Source: Paraphysomonas bandaiensis
Lineage: Eukaryota > Protista > Chrysophyceae
NCBI GenBank assembly: GCA_965644295.1
Contig: CBFFRP010000421.1
Span: 33,003 to 97,002 of the forward strand
Reading direction: 5' to 3'
DNA length: 64,000 nucleotides
The position numbers and the translations under genes were made by a program. Under the pieces are notes generated by a model. The model was not told the DNA's origin, did no database searches, and saw only the letters and a program-made list of their open reading frames with translations. Shown piece by piece: positions 27,181-38,300 of the stretch. Every line of letters begins with the position of its first letter. Within the stretch, counting starts at the first letter, position 1.

Positions 27181-29020
27181 ATGTATGTATTGTGGTATGC
27201 TCTTCAAATGTATTCTATTATAATCACAGTCCTAATATCACTCCTATCAGACGCCTCCCCTCCCAACCCCTTCCCCTCTTGTTCCTCTGTGCCTCTACCA
27301 TCATCTAGTCTATACACAGGGTTCCCTGCCCCCTCTAATACACTCAGATGGAAACACGCTCAGTCTCTTGCTTGTCGAGGAGATCACATCTTACTCTCAC
27401 ATGTCATGCGGAAGATCTCGCATCCACATGAAGTTCTTACAGCTGATCGTTCCTTCAGATGGACTCATCGGATAGCAGATGTACTCATGACAGCGGACAC
27501 AAGTATGCGTGTGTTCGATACATACAGAGAGAAGAGGGCGCCTATAGTACACTTCGGTGAGTATACATTTGAAAAAGAGAACTATGAAGGAAAGATTTTG
27601 TCATGGAACAGATATAGAGAGCTTGATGATCCTGAACGTTTTGTGCCAGTTAAGTACGTGGGGATTGGAGGGATGGATGAAAACTGGGGATGGTTAAGTA
27701 CATACATACTAAATCGCACTGTGAATTGGAGTTTAAATCTCTATGGATTTGAAAAGACAACTCTTAGTTCCCAGGAGATCTCCCAGAGTTTTTTAGATGA
27801 CCCGAACTTACTGATGCTTCTCGTCAATCAACATTCCAATGTAGGTGTGGTTGACCTGCTGTTATTGTCATCTAATACATTTAAATTAGATATCTCACCC
27901 TAAAGTTCTTAGTATGCCACTTGGAGTGCCATCTCCAGGTTTGATTTTTAGTATCGCCCGACGACTTCTGAACCGAACAGTATCAAATACTGAATTCTTT
28001 GATACATCTCGAAGCAGGTCAACGATTGAAACTCTGCACTGATATATACTCTAAATATCCCACATAGTAAAGACAAACTTCTCTTGACAATTGGATCTAA
28101 CTACGGTGTTCGCCCCGCCATTCGGCAATGCGTGAAGCAAAATATGGGTAATGAAACCGCATCAGACCATTACACGAACTTAGTACGTACACATCTATAG
28201 GGGAGCATCTGACCGTATTCACAAAGAGAGTAAGTCCAGGCGACTTCTACTGGCATATAGCCCACTCTATGGCTGTACTGGGCTTACCAGGATTGGGATA
28301 TGATACGTACAGGATATGGGAAACGCTATTGTTGGGGTAAGTTTTCGGTGTTTAACTACACTCCGTGTTCGATTTTGTTTCTACTCTCTAAGTTCAAGAA
28401 CTAGATCGATTCCTGTGATAGAACGGGGAGTTGGTTTGGACAGAACACTATATCGTCTACCGGTAAGTGCGAACGTATTCTTTATTCTGCAGAAATTTGC
28501 GTATATATATAAACCTCTTGGTACTAAGTGTGATGGAATAGTAATGTGTTGACTGAGACTGCGTGCTAAATACAACTTATTCTTAATGGCACTATTCATT
28601 ATAGCTCTTATTGTAGGCTTTGATTGTGGACGACTTTGCAGATGTGACACCAGAGTTAGTACGTACAGCATATATTGAGGCGTTGTACTGGGCAGATGAG
28701 TGGGAGTACGACCGCCTTAAATTCACTTTTTGGAAAGATGTAGTAACGAATGTAAGTGCCAGTGTAAATGCGGACTATCTGATGGAGCGGTTTCCCCGGC
28801 TTACAGGTATGCTACAAGCTGTAATGTTAATTTTCTTACGAAGATAATTTGTGTAAACGCAGTTGATTTCAACTTCACTCGACCACAATTCCCTTTCGAC
28901 TGTGTAAAGATGGGAGGGTGCTGTGATAGTCCACGGAAACGAATACCGAAGCAGTACTGTGCTATTGACACTAATACTGACTGGAATACTTATGAAATAC
29001 AGTCCGACGTAAATATTTAG
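27181..29020 (+). CDS. Secreted exostosin/GT47-like putative glycosyltransferase, multi-exon
   Basis: Hydrophobic N-terminus (start could also be 27208); MDENWGWLS; VNQHSN|ISHPKVLSMPLG; GLPGLGYDTYRIWETLLLG|SIPVIERG...LP|ALIVDDF, the PxGxGxDxxRxWExLxxGxIPV motif. Confidence 0.65.
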
Positions 29021-29401
29021 CCTGTAGTTGAGTCCTATCGTTACACGAGTGAGTGTAATGGTATCATATTCACATCTTGCTTTATTTAATGGAATGTGGG
29101 CAAGTAGAGTATCGTTTTAGGTAACAAGTACAGAACGAGAATCTGAAATTAAAAACGCCAGGACACACCCTCTCCCACGGCGGCAATAGGGAAAGTTTTC
29201 TCCTTTATAGCTGGTGTGGTTTGTCGGTTGGTGTGGGCGTGACGCCATACGGTGTCGTATCAACTGTTCATTCTGTTGCGGAATTAGTCAGGGATTCACA
29301 GAAGGCGATTGAGTCTGTCGCCGTCAGCAGTAAATCACTCTATTTTATACTGCTTCCCATCTTAGTTTATAAAAAGTCTTTCAATCTAAATCATTAATAT
29401 A

Positions 29402-30264
29402 TTATCCCCATTTTGTCTTAAAAATGCTTTTTTTTGACTTGATTTTGTCTCAACAGGGCGCTCAGCATATCAGCACCGGGTAAATATAGACATTCAACTT
29501 CAATGTTCGGTTCAACAGAAGCTCACTTCTATCTTCGTTATGATAATGACAGTCGTATGTATGTGATTTCATTATAGTACACTATTATAGAGAAACCACA
29601 ATCATGAGCGAAACACCAAGAGCAGATAATCTAACTCCAAGTTATATTCCATCCTTCGACTGCTGTATAAGATCACAACGATGTCAGTGCAAGTGATCTG
29701 TCTTCATATCCAGGACTTCGAAACAACTTCAAGAACACTACAGGAGAGTTTAAGTACCATATCTGATGCTATATAGGTGGTTAGGAGCAGTGGCACCCAG
29801 TTCTTTCAGGGTTTGATCCATATCGTGCTTTTCAAGATGTTGTGTGTCTCATATCATACACACATCATTCGATCAGGTGCACTTGCAGAGGTAAAGCCTG
29901 CTGTATATAAATGTGATGATGATGCTAATTAAGGAAATAAGAAGCCTCTCTTTCACCTTCAACTGTTCACATTTATCATCACACTTACAGTATACATATC
30001 ATTGATTTGAAACTATATGAGTTCTCATTTGTGTTCTTAATGTTAATCAGGGAACATCTATTTCTTTATACAGCAAGCATGCTACAAATAGCTATACAAT
30101 CTAATATTAACTTTTCAACGTCATGAGGATAAGCTACAATTTAGCCTAGGGATATGGAGTATCGTCCCATGTCTAAATTTTAAAACTCGGGCTTTTCGCC
30201 CTCGTTTCAAAATTTTGAGCGCGGGACGATATAGCCTCCTTATTGCACATGGTTAAATATAACT
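29402..30264 (+). repeat. Dispersed ~860-bp non-coding repeat, copy B
   Basis: Direct near-identical copy of 22891-23752 with scattered SNPs and small indels. Confidence 0.9.
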
Positions 30265-30837
30265 CTATATACCAAAAATAGTGTGACTAGGAAACAGTGA
30301 GGTCAAATGTCTATATTCTCTTGGTGCTAATAAGAGCGCTCTGTGGGATAATTTCAGTGAATTACAATTTACAAAAAAACGTACATTCCAATGAAAACTA
30401 CAGTACTAACTATATAACATCCGAGCGCACACAGCCATATACTGGTGATAATTCTTATAGTTCTGTAGATATAGAAAATACATGAAAAAACTACAAGATC
30501 AAATATGAAATATACGACACACAGCCATAAACTGGTGGTAACTTTTATAGTTCTGTAGGTGTAGAGAATAAATGAAAAAACTACAATTTTGAAATCTGAA
30601 ATATACATTGACAGGTGTAATACACAGTGAAATGTTCGCAGATACAAAACTGAAAAACAAGTGAAAAAAAACTAGGAAATTTCGCCATGGTCAGGGCAAA
30701 TAAATAAACGAACTTTAAATCATACATACATACCATTTGATGATCATACACACAGTTATTGGACTTTTTCCTGTTTCAAACCAATAAGTGTATGCTTTGT
30801 TGAAGTGAAACCACAGCGATGCGTAAAATATAAAAAA

Positions 30838-33800
30838 CTAGAACATTTCCGGGTCAAGACCAACTTTGTTGTTGCAATTGATACGTTGAAAAAAATTCCT
30901 GCATACGTCACTCATAGATGTAAGAAGATGCCATATTCTCGCTCGGCGCTGTACTATATCTAGCATAGAGTCTAGCTCAAGTAGAGTCGCATCTAGAATA
31001 GGTGGAAGTGGACCGATATCATCATCGGAACTAACTGCACCCGCACACTGCTTCGCCAATTTTACCGCCCTTGTAACGATAGTTGCAACCTTTGATAGCC
31101 CCCCCCAGCGTGTTGACTTCCGAATGGCTAATTTTAAATACGGAATAGCCCCACTGACTTCTTTTCGAGATAAATATTGCTCCGCAATAACACAGGCCCA
31201 GTAGTATGATTGACTTTTGTGGGAGAGTAGAGGGCTCTTTGCGTAATGATGGCATATACTGCACACAAGTTCCTGTTCAATAATACTTTGACAACATAAA
31301 TTATAAAATTACCAGATCTCATAGCAAGGCCATTCTGTGGGATGTATGGCGCGTAGCGCATCTGCAACTCGCGCATGCACAAGCCCCGCGTCGCTACAAT
31401 CATTAATTACACATGGATAGAACATGCGCATATACCTACCTTTGTGGCACCAATATGTAAACATTTCTGCGTATGAGTGAGCTAGTAAAACAATAAAAGC
31501 CTGTTGTTACAGCCAGGAGGAAACCCTTCTCACCAAGAACATCGAGACATGAATGCAACTGAGGAATTATCGATTGTGGCAATACAGAAGCTAATACATG
31601 AAAAGAGAAGTATTCTCCTATAATGCTCGATGTTTTCAGAACAACGCTCTCAGCGGATGTCAAATCGTCCATTAAACATGCAATCCAAGAGTTATCCTTC
31701 AGTCTCAATATAGTGTTTCCAATGTCTCTATCACTGTGTTCGACGTACTGCCGAAGCTTCCAAAGCAAAAAAGGGCATCCCTCAGTGACTTCAATGACGG
31801 TTTCGATCGTCCTATCTGGTACCCGCAATCCTGACTCGCTCTTAAATATTTTTTCAACGCTTTTCTTTGTCAAGGGCTTGAGGGTTAATATATTTTTCTT
31901 CGGTACGAACTCACTAAATGCCAGATATTCAGCCAAATGTCTAGCAATTACGAACAAAGAATAAAATTAAAGTAATAGTTATATGAATGTAATGCGCAAA
32001 CATTACCTGACGGGAACAGCTTCAAGTCGCTGATCATGTATGTAAACGGTGCGCGAACATGATTTCTTTTCGTCCAAGCGACTTTCTGCACTTTCTAAAT
32101 TCCGACGCTGTGAAAAATTCTCAACTTCTAAAGTAACTTGCTTCCTGCCAGTAACTCGAATTGTTAATATAATTAACGAAGAAGAAGCCAACGAGCAGAG
32201 TTGTGAGAATACACCCCAAGAATGAGAACACATAAAATGTGCGTCATCTAAACAGAGTATTGGTACACCTGTCCCTTCTACTAGCATGCGGTGCAAGAGT
32301 TTTGCAAGAATAGCGTACTCGCTGAAATGCTCTTCACCAAAAGAGTTTCCAGGTCTGCTCTGCGGACGCCTATCAGTGATGGAATGGGCTGTTAATTCTA
32401 ACTCCAGGGCATCACTCACTACAGATACCGCGTATTCAAAGTAATTGTTTGAGAAAATGAAATTTGTTGTCTTCAAAATGAATTCCTTCTTCTCTCTCAG
32501 ATTAATATGGCCATGAAACACTGCTAACATATCCACAACCTTTCGTACAACTGCATATGGTGCGTCATCTGCGACCGTCAATGGGACAAATACACAACTA
32601 GACAGATGTTTTAGGCGTATGTCCACTGGATTTCTCCCCAATTTAGCCAGCAGATGACGAATAAAGTAGCTCGCTGTCGCTGTTTTTCCTAATGATACAC
32701 GACAATGAGACATATATCTTTGATACATAACGTTGTATTTACCGGATCCGACAGTACCATGTATGAGAATTACATTCGAAAAACAATTTTCGTTGTCTCC
32801 AGAGGGAGAGGATATCTCTTTCAAATGAGAACAGTGATCATGACGTTGTATCTTTGACTCTGCATCTGAAACTATTTCATGCCGATCAGAATTCCAATTA
32901 AAATCTAGGGAGCGAAGCATTCGACGAATGTATCCCTCGATAACAATCAACGACCCGTTTCTAATATCTCTTACGTACGAGGCAGGTGGTACAGATCGCA
33001 TATAGCAGTGGTACTGCATGTCATCTGGAACGCCTTTCATGTGTAATGGTTCCGACAGGTAAGTTCCAGATGCTACAGAAAGTGGAAGTCTCTCAAAAGT
33101 CTCATCGTCCATCAAAATACGACCATTGGCTTTGCACATAAGGCGAGCCGCAAGATTCACAGACTTCCCAATGGCTACATAATCTCGTCTGCATACAGGC
33201 CCAACCACTCCACAAAACACGCTTCCAGTAGTTATACCAATGGATACAGTGTGAAGTTGAGCAAGTGATTCATTTTTCATCAATACCGCACAGCGGAGGG
33301 CTTTAGAGCAGTTGGAAGCATGAGTGGCAGTTGGTACCCCCCACAGACCGATCAACACACAGCCCTTATCATCAATAAGGAATTGTCGCAATAGCCCCCC
33401 ACATTCGTGTAGACACTTTTGCATGGCTAAGAAAAAAGGTTGCAGTGTATGTACATTGCTGAAAGTCTCTGAGTTGTAAGAGTCTAGGCGCAGAAACAAA
33501 GTAGTGACAGTTCTAATCTCCGCCAAACCGGAAAGGGTATTAGACAGAACGGCCTCCAGCACAGGCACCGGTACGCAGCCGAGTGCACGACGTGTGCTCA
33601 TCCCAACAGTTAGCCCCCCGTCTTCTATGTTCTCTGAAAGCGCTTCCGAGGTGGAATAAGGTGATGTGGATGAAGTCTACACAACAGTTCCTAAGTATTG
33701 TTCGAACCACTGATATTGTTAACACACACTTACCTGCCATGACCTTGAGTGCGTAGGTGACTCAAATGTACGACTTTTGTAGCCATTAACTTTTACAAAG

Positions 33801-34588
33801 CCTCCAGGTGGGAATGGCACCCCTGTAACTTCATTTGATACCTCATAGTATACATCTTGTGTCACTACGACCTCCTGTGCCAATGCTCTATCCAGACATC
33901 CCCCAAGTTCATCCATATTGTCACCATTAACTATATACGTATATTGATCTTGGTGGCCGCCAAGAAAAGAAAAACTCATTCGACCGTATGACACCGCCAC
34001 ATGCATACAAATGTCCTTGATTTGAATCTTTGATATGTGAAGCGCGCATTTGACAGCTTGATAGCAGCAACGATTCTTGCCGACGAAAGACGATTGCAGG
34101 AAAACGCACACGAGGGCATCACCAGCAAATGCAATAACTAGCAAAAAAGATTCACATGATCAAAAACTATGCATGGAATGTTTATAAATCTTACCTTGAC
34201 CACCAAAACTGCACACAGTCTGAACCAATTTTTCAAAAGAGTTGTTTATAAGCAGCCTAAGCTGGTCAAGTCCATCTGAACCCTTCGCACACAAAGCACT
34301 TGCCATAGCAGTGAAACCTGATATATCTGCTAACAAGCAGCATGCGGTAAAACTACAGTGGTTTGTACAACTAAAAGGGGGAGTAGTCAAGCAGGAGGGG
34401 ATAAATGAGAGACAACTCTCGGTATGATCCGAGTCAACCAGAGATTCAATGAGATGCCTATTCCGTCCCTCTTGTAAGTGTTTCTTTCGAGAGGAATCAT
34501 ACAGATTACTATGATCTTGTTTAAAGGGGTTATGGTATGTGTAGTAGGATACTGAGCGGTCAGATACTCCATCCATATCTCCTGGCAT
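30838..34588 (-). CDS. Soluble adenylyl cyclase (ADCY10/sAC)-like: tandem class III cyclase domains + STAND P-loop NTPase, multi-exon
   Basis: C1: LLADISGFT, FAGDAL. C2: RQFLIDDKGCVLIGLWGVP, SIGITTG, IGKSVNLAARLM. Walker A GTVGSG|KT after removing an in-frame intron; Walker B ILCLDDAH; TEGCPF. Confidence 0.85.
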
Positions 34589-35356
34589 CTGCTGTGATCA
34601 GGTTACAAGGAGATCCTACTATCCAGCCAGAGATATAGAGTGATCTTATATCGGCCTGGAGGAGGAAACAACTCTCTGTCAGTCACAGATATGACGTACA
34701 AAGGGGAGAATATGAACATCACAGTCGAGGCACCATCATCTTGAGAGATCTCATATATATGTACGGTATTATGACGAACGAGAAGATGAATAAGCAATAC
34801 GTACTTTACTATACATACATCTATAGAGAATCATACATACATACACATAGACAACAACTCCATCAAAAATCCGTCCAATATACATATTCGAAGTGATGAC
34901 GTGTTCACTTCACCAATACTTTCATATTCAATCTATATGATTGGATAATAATCTTCAATATAAAAAAAAAGTAGCTTTGAACTTTTTCACTGGTTTTGTA
35001 TGCCTAAATTTAGTACTCGATACAACAACTTGGATTTGACTATGAGTAGTGTGTGATATATGAACCTAGCTTCCTTGTTATTGTTGTGAGTTGATTGCTA
35101 ATCTGAAGTAAACCCACTTTCATAACTGTATGATGTGTGATTCAGGGGTATTTTGGAATATAATGATGGTAATTGTACACAAAAACTCTATATTTCTATC
35201 AGCATTTAGTGAGGAAAACTGAGGATTTTTCTCCACACGTACTTAAAAAACGAACTACGCACTGAACGGATAGAGGACATACATGGACATACAGTACGAA
35301 GCAGTGTCTCAACTACTTCATTCACCAGACCATTAAGAGCTGTGCTCTTTAATATA

Positions 35357-38300
35357 AGTCTAGTATAGTCTGTCTACTATAGTCTAGTATAGTCTGTCTA
35401 GTATAGTCTAGTATAGTCTAGTATAGTCTGTCTACTATAGTCTAGTATAGTCTGTCTAGTATAGTCTAGTATAGTCTAGTATAGTCTGTCTACTATAGTC
35501 TAGTATAGTCTGTCTAGTATAGTCTAGTATAGTCTGTCTAGTATAGTCTGTCTACTATAGTCTAGTATAGTCTGTCTAGTATAGTCTAGTATAGTCTGTC
35601 TAGTATAGTCTAGTATAGTCTGTCTAGTATAGTCTGTCTACTATAGTCTAGTATAGTCTGTCTAGTATAGTCTAGTATAGTCTGTCTAGTATAGTCTAGT
35701 ATAGTCTGTCTAGTATAGTCTAGTATAGTCTGTCTAGTATAGTCTACTATAGTCTGTCTAGTATAGTCTACTATAGTCTGTCTAGTATAGTCTAGTATAG
35801 TCTAGTATAGTCTGTCTACTATAGTCTAGTATAGTCTACTATAGTCTGTCTAGTATAGTCACTCTACTATAGTCTAGTATAGTCTACTATAGTCTAGTAT
35901 AGTCTCTCTACTATAGTCTAGTATAGTCTCTCTACTATAGTCTATTATAGTCTACTATAGTCTAGTATAGTCTGTCTACTATAGTCTAGTATAATTGAAA
36001 ATCTGATTATTAAGAAGCGCAAGCTTGTGCGTTGCCGCGACCAACCTAACGACTCGCGCGACACTATGCATAACATGACTCTCATCTAGTTACTATTGCA
36101 TGCACCGACAAGTGCTCAACTATACAACACGATTTAGTTAGCTACATGGGCATACGACGAGTTGCGTGTTTAAGCCGGATCATACGCTCCTGCCCAATCT
36201 ACTTGTCCTAACACAAACAACTTGCGGTCGGTGTCTTCGGCATATGTCTCCTGTATATGCGGCAGATCTTTAGGGCCCTCTTCAAGGTGGTGTTCACAGC
36301 AGCAGGTAGTCTGGAAGGGAGAATAAAGTAGCTCTATAGCGCCGGGTCCTCCCACGGTCACGAAGCGGTCTCACTGGTGCAATTTTGCACACTGACGCAT
36401 GAAACAGACATCTACCAAAATCTGTTACAAATTCAAGCTGACTCCAATGTCTTCCCTCCATTGTGTGCACTCGTCCAGCACATGCATCCACCTTGCACTC
36501 TTCTCCCGAGTGACTTACACTAGTAGGAAACCGTGCACCTTCCCCGCTCGGATGAAAACCTACTAAGCAAGAATAACATAAAAGCACCACAAATGTACCT
36601 GACACTGCTTGGAGAACAGTGCCAGAGCCTTGATATAATCTCAATGACCTGGGTCAGGAGAAACCAAGACTAGGCAGTAGACGTGTGAGAAGACATGACA
36701 GGTCTAATCACATCATTGCCATTGCCATGCATCCATGAGGAAAGTTTGACGCATTACCTCGGTCATTGGCCACACAGATACCGAATAATGTGAACTCATA
36801 CTCAGCATCAATCACTCAAAGCAAACGCAGGGAGCAAGCAGAATGTTGATATACCTGACATCTGCTGACTTCAGGTGTTTTGAGTTCTTAAGGTGAACAT
36901 CCCGGATGCTTAACTTCAGCAGGCAGCCCAATACCCCGGTTACCCTTCTGGTGGGCCCTGTCCCGGATGCCCTTGAGGTGGGCCCATTCCCGGATGCCTG
37001 TTTATTCGTCAGGGCACAAAGACGTCTACACAAGTGACACTTATTAGTGTCCCTTGTACCACACAAGCATTTGGCTATGAGTGGGCAGAACAATATCTGC
37101 TGACTATGTTTGCGGCTCACGTTAGTTTCCCAGAGAGAATCTCTCCGGTACTTATCCCCCAGAACACCACGAAAAGGTGCGAGTCCGACTTTGTTGAGGG
37201 TATAGTCTAGTATAGTCTGTCTAGTATAGTCTAGTATAGTCTGTCTAGTATAGTCTAGTATAGTCTGTCTAGTATAGTCTGTCTAGTATAGTCTAGTATA
37301 GTCTGTCTAGTATAGTCTAGTATAGTCTGTCTAGTATAGTCTAGTATAGTCTGTCTAGTATAGTCTGTCTACTATAGTCTAGTATAATTGAAAATCTGAT
37401 TATTAAGAAGCGCAAGCTTGTGCGTTGCCGCGACCAACCTAACAACTCGCGCGACACTATGCATAACATGACTCTCATCTAGTTACTATTGCATGCACCG
37501 ACAAGTGCTCAACTATACAACACGATTTAGTTAGCTACATGGGCATACGACGAGTTGCGTGTTTAAGCCGGATCATACGCTCCTGCCCAATCTACTTGTC
37601 CTAACACAAACAACTTGCGGTCGGTGTCTTCGGCATATGTCTCCTGTATATGCGGCAGATCTTTAGGGCCCTCTTCAAGGTGGTGTTCACAGCAGCAGGT
37701 AGTCTGGAAGGGAGAATAAAGTAGCTCTATAGCGCCGGGTCCTCCCACGGTCACGAAGCGGTCTCACTGGTGCAATTTTGCACACTGACGCATGAAACAG
37801 ACATCTACCAAAATCTGTTACAAATTCAAGCTGACTCCAATGTCTTCCCTCCATTGTGTGCACTCGTCCAGCACATGCATCCACCTTGCACTCTTCTCCC
37901 GAGTGACTTACACTAGTAGGAAACCGTGCACCTTCCCCGCTCGGATGAAAACCTACTAAGCAAGAATAACATAAAAGCACCACAAATGTACCTGACACTG
38001 CTTGGAGAACAGTGCCAGAGCCTTGATATAATCTCAATGACCTGGGTCAGGAGAAACCAAGACTAGGCAGTAGACGTGTGAGAAGACATGACAGGTCTAA
38101 TCACATCATTGCCATTGCCATGCATCCATGAGGAAAGTTTGACGCATTACCTCGGTCATTGGCCACACAGATACCGAATAATGTGAACTCATACTCAGCA
38201 TCAATCACTCAAAGCAAACGCAGGGAGCAAGCAGAATGTTGATATACCTGACATCTGCTGACTTCAGGTGTTTTGAGTTCTTAAGGTGAACATCCCGGAT

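Noticed and set aside
30429-30586. Two-copy ~90-bp tandem duplication
   Set aside because: Real but degenerate and non-coding, with nothing to support a function.
35994-37200. piggyBac identity for the cassette because of its AGGG end
   Set aside because: The other end is ATTGAAA rather than CCCT, and the flank is TATA rather than TTAA.
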